Of a stretch of DNA of 64,000 bases, positions 38,252 to 46,136 are shown one piece after another (the stretch's first letter is position 1; the number at the start of each line of letters is the position of its first letter). The notes below the pieces were generated by a model. The model searched no databases, was not told the origin of the DNA, and worked only from the letters and a program-made list of their open reading frames with translations. The position numbers and the translations under genes are program-made. Source of the stretch: a virus; IMG/VR virus record IMGVR_UViG_3300032038_000066, positions 1-64,000 of that record, one strand, 5' to 3'.

Positions 38252-38281
38252 GCAAAAAGAGAAACTTCTTATTATAATTAT
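38252..38281 (+). promoter_or_regulatory. Near-consensus sigma-A promoter for the repressor gene (TTGCAA-17 nt-TATAAT) within a divergent early-control region
   Basis: Read directly: ttgcaaaaagagaaacttcttatTATAAT. The minus strand carries TTGACA-17 nt-TATCTT for the cro-like gene. Confidence 0.4.
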
Positions 38282-38302
38282 TTTGGGAAAGGGGTAATAA
38301 TT

Positions 38303-38698
38303 ATGAATACTACACAGGGAAAACGCTTAAAAGAGTTAATGCAATTTTTTAATATTTCACAAGACGAATTAGGAAAAAGGCTAAACATACCTAAATCATC
38401 TTTATCAATGTATCTGTCTGACAGCAGAAAAATGCGACAAGATAGAATAAAGCTGATTAGCGAAACTTTTGATGTAAATGAAGCATGGATCATGGGCTAT
38501 GATGTGCCTATGCGTCTATCCGAACAAAAACCAATAAATGAACAATACTATTATGATAGCGACTCTGCGGAATATGCTCAATTTCTATTCAATAACCCTG
38601 AATACAAAGTGCTTTTTGATGCAAGTCGAAACGTCAAGCCAGAGGATATAGAATTTGTAAAGCAAATGATGGAAAGAATTACGAAAGGCAATACTTAA
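38303..38698 (+). CDS. XRE-family phage repressor (ImmR/CI-like)
   Basis: ATG at 38303 with RBS ggaaaggggt. RLKELMQFFNISQDELGKRLNIPKSSLSMYLS HTH. Its stop overlaps the start of the ImmA-like gene. Confidence 0.65.
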   Translation: MNTTQGKRLKELMQFFNISQDELGKRLNIPKSSLSMYLSDSRKMRQDRIKLISETFDVNEAWIMGYDVPMRLSEQKPINEQYYYDSDSAEYAQFLFNNPEYKVLFDASRNVKPEDIEFVKQMMERITKGNT

Positions 38699-38934
38699 TG
38701 GATGAAAGCGTCAATACTTATGTTACACAACTACCCCCACGAATTAAGGCTTATACAGTACGCAAAAATGATTGTTATACAATCTTCATCAACGATAATC
38801 TATCATGGGAGACAAAACAAAAGGCTTATAAACACGAAATAGAACACATAAAAAACGGAGATTTTGACAAGACCTGTTCTGTAAATGAAATCGAATGTGA
38901 AGCACATAGAAGCAACAAAGGAGGTACATTATGA
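38698..38934 (+). CDS. ImmA/IrrE-family zinc metalloprotease (anti-repressor protease)
   Basis: HEIEH (HExxH) motif. Translationally coupled to the XRE repressor, as in ImmR/ImmA pairs. Confidence 0.6.
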   Translation: MDESVNTYVTQLPPRIKAYTVRKNDCYTIFINDNLSWETKQKAYKHEIEHIKNGDFDKTCSVNEIECEAHRSNKGGTL

Positions 38935-39497
38935 AGGCTTTCGGAAAAATTTTTTTAGTAGCTGTGATTTTAGCCGTTACATATGGTATGTTACACCAAC
39001 CCGGCTCTGCTGTGCAAGAGGATGAATCATCATATCAGGAAGAAACAGAGGATAATGAAGAAACACAAGATGAAGAAGAATACAAATACATGAGCAAAAA
39101 GGAAATGAAGAAATTCCGAGAATCATGTAAGAAACTAGATTATAAAAAGGTTTTGCGCCATCCCGAAAAATATAAGGGTAAAAACTTTTATACCACAGTC
39201 CGTATAAACGAAGCAATCACAGGGAAATCCATTATTCCGGGTGAAGCGTATTGCGCCGGGTTTTTAACATACTACAATAATGATTATTCGGAATACATTG
39301 ACAACTATGATCGTGACATTTACTTGTTTGACTATCAGAATCCCAAAAGCAAGAAATACGTCAAAATGCTAGAAGATGATATTGTTAAGGTTTATGGCAC
39401 GTTTACTGGATTATCCAGTTCAAAAAATGTTTTGACGTGGGAAACGTCTGATACTATGGCTTTGGATGTAAAATATGTCAAATTATTACAAGAGTGA
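38931..39497 (+). CDS. Signal-anchored extracytoplasmic protein; candidate superinfection-exclusion protein
   Basis: N-terminal hydrophobic anchor (IFLVAVILAVTYGML), acidic linker and a 130-aa globular domain. Sits between the repressor and the integrase. Confidence 0.4.
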   Translation: MKAFGKIFLVAVILAVTYGMLHQPGSAVQEDESSYQEETEDNEETQDEEEYKYMSKKEMKKFRESCKKLDYKKVLRHPEKYKGKNFYTTVRINEAITGKSIIPGEAYCAGFLTYYNNDYSEYIDNYDRDIYLFDYQNPKSKKYVKMLEDDIVKVYGTFTGLSSSKNVLTWETSDTMALDVKYVKLLQE

Positions 39498-39503
39498 TTT
39501 TAG

Positions 39504-39528
39504 CCCCCATAGAGGGGCTTTTCTTATC
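39504..39528 (+). terminator. Rho-independent terminator (AGCCCC-cataga-GGGGCT followed by TTTTCTTAT)
   Basis: Read directly. Confidence 0.5.
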
Positions 39529-39545
39529 AGGAAAGGAGAATTGTT

Positions 39546-40685
39546 ATGCTGATAACCTGTCCAGAATGTCAACATGACGTGTCAGATAAAGCCATGGCTT
39601 GTCCGAATTGTGGTTACCCTATCAACACTACCCCTATGCCCGTAAAAGCCACCACGCGCCGTGCTAGAAAGTTTCGTAGACTCCCAAATGGTTACGGCTC
39701 TATAAAACACCTGTCGGGCAACAGGCGAAATCCTTATGCGGCGTACCCACCTACAAAAGAATGGAGTGGAACGTCACCCAAGTCAAGACCTGCTATCGGA
39801 TATTTCAAGACGTATAACGAAGCGTACCAGGCACTCACGGAATACAACAAAGATGGAATAGATATAGAACAAAAAAAGACTACGTTTGAGCAAGTCTACA
39901 ACGTATTTTTAAAAGAGTATGAGCGCAAAGACCGGGCAAAAGGAACACTCCAAGAATACAAAGGCGCATACAAACTATGTGCAGAACTATATGACCGCCC
40001 ATTTGCAGAATTGCGCAAACCTGACTTTCAAGCAATTTTTGACAAGTACAATGATATTTACTCTAATTCTGCCCTCATCCGTTTCAAAAAGCTGTTCAAT
40101 CAACTGTATAAGACAGCTATCGAAAATGACATTGTAGACAAGAACTACTCCCAAAATGTGATTGTCGGTGGAAAGGAAAGCAAAAAAGGCGTGCCGTTCA
40201 CAGAAGATGAAATAAAACTGTTTTGGGAACACAAAGACAGGCACTACATACAATACACTTTAATAATGATCTATACGGGCTACCGCATAGGGGAATTAAA
40301 GGTTGCCGAACGAAAAAGCGACAGATTTGTTGGTGGACTAAAAACAAAAAACGGCATAGGGCGAACCGTACCTATTCACCATGCCATAGCCGATATTGTA
40401 AAAAACATGGATTGGAAAAAAAGATTTGACTATCAAATGTATTACAAGGAACTAGCCAAACTTGGACTTGAATATGCTGATAACGGAGAACGTCATACAC
40501 CGCATGATTGCAGACATACATTTTCGTGGCTTGCAGATAAATACAAAATGGACTCTGTATCAAAGCATCTTATAATGGGTCATTCCTTGGGAAAAGATGT
40601 GGAAATAAACACGTACGGACACCGCACATTTGAGCAGTTAAAAGAGGAAATTGAGAAGATAAAAACACCCCAAATGCTGCTCTGA
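39546..40685 (+). CDS. int: Tyrosine integrase with an N-terminal zinc ribbon
   Basis: CPECQHD...CPNCGY ribbon. C-terminal catalytic R...HDCRHT...YGHRT (R-H-R-Y). Confidence 0.85.
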   Translation: MLITCPECQHDVSDKAMACPNCGYPINTTPMPVKATTRRARKFRRLPNGYGSIKHLSGNRRNPYAAYPPTKEWSGTSPKSRPAIGYFKTYNEAYQALTEYNKDGIDIEQKKTTFEQVYNVFLKEYERKDRAKGTLQEYKGAYKLCAELYDRPFAELRKPDFQAIFDKYNDIYSNSALIRFKKLFNQLYKTAIENDIVDKNYSQNVIVGGKESKKGVPFTEDEIKLFWEHKDRHYIQYTLIMIYTGYRIGELKVAERKSDRFVGGLKTKNGIGRTVPIHHAIADIVKNMDWKKRFDYQMYYKELAKLGLEYADNGERHTPHDCRHTFSWLADKYKMDSVSKHLIMGHSLGKDVEINTYGHRTFEQLKEEIEKIKTPQMLL

Positions 40686-40964
40686 CATTTAGGGTTTTGT
40701 TACTAATTTGTCACTATTAGAGGTTAAATAAGACCCCCTGATAGCAATTTGCACAAAAGAAAAAATCCCTTAAAATAAGGGATTTTCGCTATTTTTAAGT
40801 CTTTACAAAATAATACCCGAAATGCCGGGCCTATAAAAAAAAGCCTCAAAAACCCTTTAAAATCAAGGGTCGCGTCACATTATTGTTGCTACTGTATCAT
40901 TATTTATAATACACAACACTAAAAAAGGCAGGGCTGTGATTAGCCTTGCCTTTTGCTTTTGTTT
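40686..40964. other. Non-coding region containing the presumptive attP site and transcription terminators
   Basis: Lies next to int, between convergent genes, with several hairpins. The core cannot be defined without the host sequence. Confidence 0.3.
40762..40797 (+). terminator. Rho-independent terminator after int (AATCCCTTA-aaa-TAAGGGATT followed by a T-rich tract)
   Basis: Perfect 9-bp stem followed by TTTCGCTATTTTT. Confidence 0.5.
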
Positions 40965-40966
40965 TT
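40921..40966 (-). terminator. Bidirectional rho-independent terminator (GGCAGGGC...GCCTTGCC flanked by an A-run and a T-run)
   Basis: Read directly. Ends the minus-strand accessory operon. Confidence 0.45.
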
Positions 40967-41390
40967 AGTCTTTCATCTGACTCATAGCACGTCTGATAGC
41001 TTCGCGTTCGGTATCAGTTTCAGCCTCATGCATCATAGCTTCAAGGCGGTCACGCATACTACCTGCGCGGCTATATCCGCGTTCGTTGTAACGTCCGTCT
41101 CCGTCTCCGTCACGACCTCTACGGGCATATGAATAACCATCTTCACGGCTGTAACCGTATCTTCCATAGCTGTTACCGCCATCATACGAATTATCGTAAT
41201 AATGAGGGTAAGCCCTGTTTGAATATCCCGAATCTTTCATAGCCATTATCGTATCAATGGATTTAATGCTGTGTGTCAGCTTGTCTATGTGTCCGAGATC
41301 GGTTTCATTTATCGAACCCTTATCAGCTATCTTATCGAGTTCCTTTTCAAGAACATTTCTAATCTCATTCATTGCGTGCATCACATTCAC
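40965..41390 (-). CDS. Protein with Tyr/Gly/Arg/Asp-rich low-complexity region (SYDGGNSYGRYGYSREDGYSYARRGRDGDGDGRYNERGYSRAG), resembling Tyr-rich spore-coat-like proteins
   Basis: 141 aa: a helical N-terminal part, then the RG/YG-rich disordered segment, then a helical C-terminus. Confidence 0.45.
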   Translation of the reverse strand: MNVMHAMNEIRNVLEKELDKIADKGSINETDLGHIDKLTHSIKSIDTIMAMKDSGYSNRAYPHYYDNSYDGGNSYGRYGYSREDGYSYARRGRDGDGDGRYNERGYSRAGSMRDRLEAMMHEAETDTEREAIRRAMSQMKD

Positions 41391-41395
41391 CCCCT

Positions 41396-41860
41396 TTAGG
41401 CATCAAACACAATATTCGCGTTCTGTACCGTTATAGGCTGTGTGCTTACGTTCCGAACGGAAACACTTGTGCATGAGCATATCCACGGTACTGTTACAAT
41501 AATATCCGCTCCAACATTACCAAAATCACCTACCGCCGTGGGTGTGATAGTCATAATGCTAGAGGGGTCAATTTCTCCGTCAACCGCAAGCGCAAGGCTT
41601 ATCGGCTCTACTGTACCTGCCGGGTCAGTAGGTATGGCAATATTAGCGTGGAAAGCCACCTCATAATTTGAGTTGCGTTTCCAACATTGCGTAAAGTTCT
41701 GACGGAAATATCTGTTTGCAAGCCTAAAAAGACCTGAATCGTCTCTGTGATATATGAGTCCTCTTGTGCAAGGCACGGGAGACTCTGTAAAGATAACGCT
41801 ACCGTTTACAGGCACAGTTTGTGCGAGATTTGCAGAGTATTCAGCAGACATAGCGTTCAC
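41396..41860 (-). CDS. Beta-rich hypothetical protein (possible BclA-C/TNF-like jelly-roll; uncertain)
   Basis: 154 aa of alternating hydrophobic/polar beta pattern (IIVTVPWICSCTSVSVRNVSTQPITVQNANIVFDA). Confidence 0.4.
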   Translation of the reverse strand: MNAMSAEYSANLAQTVPVNGSVIFTESPVPCTRGLIYHRDDSGLFRLANRYFRQNFTQCWKRNSNYEVAFHANIAIPTDPAGTVEPISLALAVDGEIDPSSIMTITPTAVGDFGNVGADIIVTVPWICSCTSVSVRNVSTQPITVQNANIVFDA

Positions 41861-41866
41861 CCCCTC

Positions 41867-42751
41867 TTAAAATGCGCCACTGCACCCACAAGGGTTAGCG
41901 CAACAATTGGGGTTAGTTACCATGTATGCCGGGATGGGAGTAGGATTCACATACTGTTCCACCTCGTTTGCTAACGCTCTCTGTCCTGCCTGGATTGCGG
42001 CGGTCTGTACGTCCTGCGAAGCCTGCCCTCTTGCGTACATAAGTTCAGAACGAAGCTGTGCAATGGTATCATCTTTCTGCTCGTTACGATAATCGCAAAG
42101 CTGATCTCTTAATGACTGAATGCCGGAGTTGAACGCCGTAAGCAGATCACGGGTGTTATTTGCATCCGCAAACCTTGTAGCATTGCCCTCATTTTGAATG
42201 ATGTTCTGTGTCTGGCAGTTTGCTAATCTATTCTCGCAGCAGCAATCAGCAAACTGTGAGGATATAGCATTTAAGCCCTGCGTCATAGCCGTCTGTGAAG
42301 CAAATGCCTGTTGCATATTAGCAACCTGTCTAGCGTTTTCTGCTATTTCAGCCTGTGCAAAGCCGTTGTTGATTGCAGAGGTAATGCCTGCCCCTGTTGA
42401 GCAGATATTCTGATTTACGCCTGCAATTCCAAGAGCAGTATCACCAAATCCGCTAGTAATAGCACTCTGTATGCCTGAAAGCTGATTTGAAATACCTGCA
42501 TTGTCAAAGCCACGGTTTACATCATTCTGTGTCTGTGTGTTATAGAAATACGGTAAGATACCGTCTACCATTCCACCTATACCGTTGAAGCCACCGCCCC
42601 AACCGCCGAAACCGTTGCCCATCATCGCAAAAAGGAAGAGAATAAGCCAATAACCGCAATCTCCACCAAATCCGAAACCGCCGTTGCCATATCCACCGCC
42701 ATACATAGGTGCGACAGGCATAACCATATCCGACCCATTTTCTAAAGCCAT
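41867..42751 (-). CDS. Gly-rich membrane protein with a Q/N/A-rich helical region and a Cys-rich C-terminus
   Basis: GGGYGNGGFGFGG, then TM YWLILFLFAMMG, then GFGGWGGGFNG. Long Ala/Gln/Asn helices follow. Ends NPNCCANPCGCSGAF. Confidence 0.45.
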   Translation of the reverse strand: MALENGSDMVMPVAPMYGGGYGNGGFGFGGDCGYWLILFLFAMMGNGFGGWGGGFNGIGGMVDGILPYFYNTQTQNDVNRGFDNAGISNQLSGIQSAITSGFGDTALGIAGVNQNICSTGAGITSAINNGFAQAEIAENARQVANMQQAFASQTAMTQGLNAISSQFADCCCENRLANCQTQNIIQNEGNATRFADANNTRDLLTAFNSGIQSLRDQLCDYRNEQKDDTIAQLRSELMYARGQASQDVQTAAIQAGQRALANEVEQYVNPTPIPAYMVTNPNCCANPCGCSGAF

Positions 42752-42886
42752 GATATGCTCCTTTCTACCACGTAACTATTTGTGGTTAGCGACCATCCAC
42801 CCATCTTCCCGATATAAATGTCGGGAACATCGGATAGCCGGGTTTAAAGTTACTTTATACTTACCTTGCGCATGGTTTGTATCTGT

Positions 42887-43105
42887 TTATCTTTTGTTCA
42901 TCCTGCTTTCAAACTGTCTGCGGAAACTGTCAAGATAATTATATGTGTTTTGGTTCATCCGCCCCGAGTTCATAAAGTGTTGCATTATAGCTTTAGGATC
43001 GTTTGCTAAATTCTGTGGTACGTTTAACCCTTTACTCATAAGGAACTGTACGGGGTTATTCATCATCTGTCCAAATTCTTGCGGATTGAAACGAAAATTA
43101 TTCAT
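42887..43105 (-). CDS. Hypothetical small protein (Asn/Gln/Met-rich)
   Basis: 72-aa ORF. Confidence 0.3.
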   Translation of the reverse strand: MNNFRFNPQEFGQMMNNPVQFLMSKGLNVPQNLANDPKAIMQHFMNSGRMNQNTYNYLDSFRRQFESRMNKR

Positions 43106-43571
43106 TGCCCGACCTCTTTTCTGTCTGTTTGTTGTTGCGCTGATTTTGTCGTACCTGTTTCAATTCAGATAGCCGTTTTTCAAGCGTATCGTCCACCCAC
43201 GCTTTAAACTCATCTTTGGTCATATATTTGTCGGTATCCAACTGTTCAAGCGGTTCTGGCGCATCTACAACAACTTGTGGCGTATCGTCTGTAAGTCGCT
43301 TTGATGAAAAAGTCGGTCTGCCGAATTGGTCTGCCGACTTCATGTATAGATGCGTCATAGCCTCATCCATGAAAACCATGCTGTTGTTAGGCGCAACAAG
43401 ATAATCTTCCGCTTCTTTCTGCGACTTCACCCAAACAATCGTGTTGTTTATCATAGGCTGTGTCATTTGCGGTGCCTGTATTGGCTGTGTCATTTGTTGT
43501 GACATTTGTTGCCATTGCGGAACTGTCATTTGCTGATATGTTCCGGGATAACTGTTGCCATAATACGCCAT
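43098..43571 (-). CDS. Protein with a Gln/Met/Pro-rich prion-like N-terminus and a helical C-terminus
   Basis: QQMTVPQWQQMSQQMTQPIQAPQMTQPM, then a globular part. Confidence 0.4.
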   Translation of the reverse strand: MAYYGNSYPGTYQQMTVPQWQQMSQQMTQPIQAPQMTQPMINNTIVWVKSQKEAEDYLVAPNNSMVFMDEAMTHLYMKSADQFGRPTFSSKRLTDDTPQVVVDAPEPLEQLDTDKYMTKDEFKAWVDDTLEKRLSELKQVRQNQRNNKQTEKRSGNE

Positions 43572-43573
43572 TT

Positions 43574-43957
43574 TTAAACCTCGCTTTCTCGGACATAATA
43601 ATAAATGGGTACTTCATCCCCTGAATCCCAAGTATCAAAATAATCGCCATTCTCTACAGCCACAACATGAGAACCTGTTGCAACTATGTATTTGCCTTTG
43701 GGGTTGTCATAAGCGAAATCCTTGATTGTATAACAATCAGGACAAGTATTTGAAATCGTATATCTCTTAAATCCATATTCTTTAAGATACGCATCCCAAA
43801 CATGATTAGCAGAAGGCATATCGCGCAAATCATACCCCTTGCAAAAAACATCAACATATACATTTTCCCACGATACACCCATGTTCTTTGCAATTGCCCG
43901 TATGACACAATCGCCTACACGTTTGTTTTTGGGATTTAGGTTGCACTCTATCCACAT
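43574..43957 (-). CDS. Putative papain-fold (C39/NlpC-P60-like) cysteine peptidase or acyltransferase
   Basis: GDCVIRAIA (candidate catalytic Cys) and GSHVVAV (candidate His). RBS aaggaaag upstream of the ATG. Confidence 0.4.
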   Translation of the reverse strand: MWIECNLNPKNKRVGDCVIRAIAKNMGVSWENVYVDVFCKGYDLRDMPSANHVWDAYLKEYGFKRYTISNTCPDCYTIKDFAYDNPKGKYIVATGSHVVAVENGDYFDTWDSGDEVPIYYYVRESEV

Positions 43958-44114
43958 AATCGCTTTCCTTGCTTGCTACAAAATTCTCCAATTCTATAAA
44001 CGGCAAATTGCGCGCAAAATCCTGGCATACCATGTATGCCCTGTCCGCTGAATATCCACATTTCATTAGTCGGTTTACATATTCGGTCATATATCGCCCT
44101 CCTATGCTTACCAT
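43851..44114 (-). CDS. Hypothetical protein (the 3' 35 codons overlap 43574..43957 out of frame; the Cys-rich tail is probably not translated)
   Basis: The N-terminal 50 aa look protein-like. The C-terminal CRRLCHTGNCKEHGCIVGKCIC is the alternate frame of the better-supported neighbouring gene. Confidence 0.25.
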   Translation of the reverse strand: MVSIGGRYMTEYVNRLMKCGYSADRAYMVCQDFARNLPFIELENFVASKESDYVDRVQPKSQKQTCRRLCHTGNCKEHGCIVGKCIC

Positions 44115-44179
44115 TCTAAAGAACGTGGATAAAAGTTAGAATGAAAGCAATGTGCAACTTCCGTGCAGATTTTAGGCAC

Positions 44180-44215
44180 AAAAAAAAGAGGCTACCGCAT
44201 TACACGATAGCCCCA
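44180..44215 (-). terminator. Rho-independent terminator (GGCTA...TAGCC followed by a T8 run on the minus strand)
   Basis: Read directly. Separates the sigma-like gene from the accessory operon. Confidence 0.5.
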
Positions 44216-44218
44216 CAA

Positions 44219-44428
44219 TCAAAAAGGAAGATGAAGTAAAACCGCATCTCCCTCTTTATACACTATATTCTTTATCTGACGCACCGACATATCAAACTCT
44301 TCCGCAAGCGGTTCAAACTTGACATTATCAAGAAATCTCCGTTTTAGAATTTGTCGGTATTTCTCGTCACAACACCACTCATCAATCAGATGTTCTACTT
44401 CTGATCGTGGAATATTAAACCGCATCAT
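44219..44428 (-). CDS. Small sigma-70 region-4-like HTH protein (ArpU/late-regulator-like)
   Basis: RQILKRRFLDNVKFEPLAEEFDMSVRQIKNIV resembles sigma region 4.2 HTH. Confidence 0.4.
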   Translation of the reverse strand: MMRFNIPRSEVEHLIDEWCCDEKYRQILKRRFLDNVKFEPLAEEFDMSVRQIKNIVYKEGDAVLLHLPF

Positions 44429-44455
44429 CTGCGTCTTGCCCTTCTTCTTGAAGTA

Positions 44456-44785
44456 TTACTGCGCCTCCGTACTGGACTTGCCCGATGTATTACTTTCCTT
44501 GTTATTGTCTGTCGAGCCATGATAATCACCACCTATAATCTGACTACTATTATTTCCACCGCTATCAGTATCTTGTGTTACTGTATCGCTAACCTCATCA
44601 ACAGGAAGTGTTAAATACCAAAAGAATGCTCCACCTGCTACAACAACAGTCAATACATACAATACTATCACAGTCACCAATACTTTCAAAAGATTGTAAT
44701 ACCTTTTTTCTGCCCGTGCTATTGCACTTTCATAGGCAACGTATGATATGTTCTCTGGCATCTCTTCCTTTTTCAATTCCTCCAT
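44456..44785 (-). CDS. XhlA-like membrane protein (N-terminal helix, single TM, Ser/Thr/Asn-rich tail)
   Basis: Amphipathic N-terminus, TM LLKVLVTVIVLYVLTVVVAGGAFFWYL and a disordered C-terminus. Follows an XkdX-like gene, as in PBSX. Confidence 0.4.
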   Translation of the reverse strand: MEELKKEEMPENISYVAYESAIARAEKRYYNLLKVLVTVIVLYVLTVVVAGGAFFWYLTLPVDEVSDTVTQDTDSGGNNSSQIIGGDYHGSTDNNKESNTSGKSSTEAQ

Positions 44786-44842
44786 GGCATATCTCCTTTC
44801 ATTTACATAGGATTATACCACAAACAACAAAATATTTAAACG

Positions 44843-44977
44843 TCAATCTACACCAACAATATCATAATACTCATCATCGGTAAGTTTGCCTGCATTATGC
44901 AAAGCATCAATCCTAGCCCTATCCCAATAAACAGGGTAATATTTCTTTGCTAATAAATAAATTTTGTTATCGTTCAT
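44843..44977 (-). CDS. XkdX-family small phage protein (44 aa)
   Basis: RBS aaaggagg, 7 nt, then ATG. MNDNKIYLLAKKYYPVYWDRARIDALHNAGKLTDDEYYDIVGVD matches the XkdX pattern (GKIT-EEY-ITG). Below the track's size cutoff. Confidence 0.45.
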   Translation of the reverse strand: MNDNKIYLLAKKYYPVYWDRARIDALHNAGKLTDDEYYDIVGVD

Positions 44978-45091
44978 AACTAGACCTCCTTTAATGAATC
45001 AAAAACATCAAAACTTAAAAACTATGATTTGTTCGGGGATGAGGTTCGGTGTGGGGTTACTCCTTTCTATTATGCATAAATTGTTGTGGCT

Positions 45092-45556
45092 TTAATTACT
45101 TATTAACTGTATCTCATATACATATAATGCAGTAGACTGACCTAATAATGAATCCATTATATATAAGTTGTCCGCATTTTTAGCTGTATCCCCACCATGA
45201 GTATTATAATTTTGAGACAGCATGATGGTAAGTGGTGCAGTTGTGTTGATTTCTGATATATCTGCTTCATACGTAAGATTGCTGCCCAATGGAATAGAGT
45301 ACCCTAAACGTTCGTAGCTATATGTATTCAAACAATCGCCAATAGCAATAGTGCATGGATTTCCATATTGTCCGGATAACCTGCTCATAGTATATTTTAA
45401 TATAAATTTTTTATATTTAGAAAAGTTTATACTTTTCGCAGTTTGCATATATGCACATTTATAAGGGTTAGTTTCATTTAATAAGTAGCAGGGGGTATTA
45501 TATCCCATATTCCACCCACCACTAATCCCAGTACACTCATCACCACGATTATACAC
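45092..45556 (-). CDS. Receptor-binding (tail-fibre tip) protein paralogue B, C-terminal portion
   Basis: 154-aa ORF. The upstream 160 nt encode, in three broken frames, a homologue of the N-terminus of 47267..47836. Confidence 0.4.
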   Translation of the reverse strand: MYNRGDECTGISGGWNMGYNTPCYLLNETNPYKCAYMQTAKSINFSKYKKFILKYTMSRLSGQYGNPCTIAIGDCLNTYSYERLGYSIPLGSNLTYEADISEINTTAPLTIMLSQNYNTHGGDTAKNADNLYIMDSLLGQSTALYVYEIQLISN

Positions 45557-45720
45557 ATATGGGTCTTTTTCACCCCAAGCATCCTTCCAAGCACCCTCTG
45601 TGCTATCCCAAACCTTACCTACCGAGTCGTTCCACCCCCCCCGATAGCATCATACACCATCGGGGTTTCAGCTTCTTTCCATGCACTATTAGTGCTATCC
45701 CATACTAAAGCACTCATAGG
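45557..45720 (-). pseudogene. Frameshift-disrupted N-terminal region of the tail-fibre-tip paralogue (contains a C8/G8 homopolymer at 45634-45641)
   Basis: The minus-strand frames give MSALVWDSTNSAWKEAETP / MVYDAIGGG / WNDSVGKVWDS / EGAWKDAWGEKDPY. These align to MAALIYDSTSQAFKEAGGAKVYS...GKVWNGSEWVDALGG of 47267..47836. At least three indels separate the pieces. Confidence 0.45.
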
Positions 45721-45722
45721 CT

Positions 45723-46136
45723 TTACTCCAAGGGAATATCTGACATAGCAGCGATGTACTGGATATCAGCAGTATTTTGCTCAATCATTCGCTCATATTT
45801 GCTTAATCTAGTAAGGTCTGCGCTGTACTGTCCATTCTGATAACCAATAACAATGTCACCGCTATTATATCCCTCAAAGACATTCACCTTTTCCCATTCA
45901 CCTACTACCACATCACCTGTTTCAGAATCATTAGTAATACTTCTTTCAAACTGCTCGATTGTTCCCGTGCAAGATTTAAGAGAATAAATATCATCATATG
46001 AAGCGTCTGCCTCGTTTACTGTCATACGAAGGACTACTTGTGCTGTCTGTTTGTTAATCAAATAAGGATACACACTTATTACTTCTATTTCTTTTGTTTC
46101 CCCATTTACAACAAATCTGATCTTTGAATTATTCAT
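45723..46136 (-). CDS. Hypothetical protein, longer paralogue of the small ORF 47040..47204
   Basis: KIRFVVNGETKEIEVIS compared with QIKVFSNGEWVQAKELII. Confidence 0.35.
   Translation of the reverse strand: MNNSKIRFVVNGETKEIEVISVYPYLINKQTAQVVLRMTVNEADASYDDIYSLKSCTGTIEQFERSITNDSETGDVVVGEWEKVNVFEGYNSGDIVIGYQNGQYSADLTRLSKYERMIEQNTADIQYIAAMSDIPLE

Noticed and set aside
40686-40964. Precise attP core
   Set aside because: Hairpins and terminators are visible, but no tRNA 3'-end-like sequence or obvious core repeat can be assigned without the bacterial attB.
43851-43957. Cys-rich tail CRRLCHTGNCKEHGCIVGKCIC next to a papain-fold gene, looked like a leader plus core peptide (RiPP) with a processing protease
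   Set aside because: The Cys-rich segment is the alternate frame of the first 35 codons of gene 43574..43957. That gene has a good RBS and contains the conserved GDCVIRAIA motif. Cys-rich alternate frames of GT-rich coding DNA are common artefacts.
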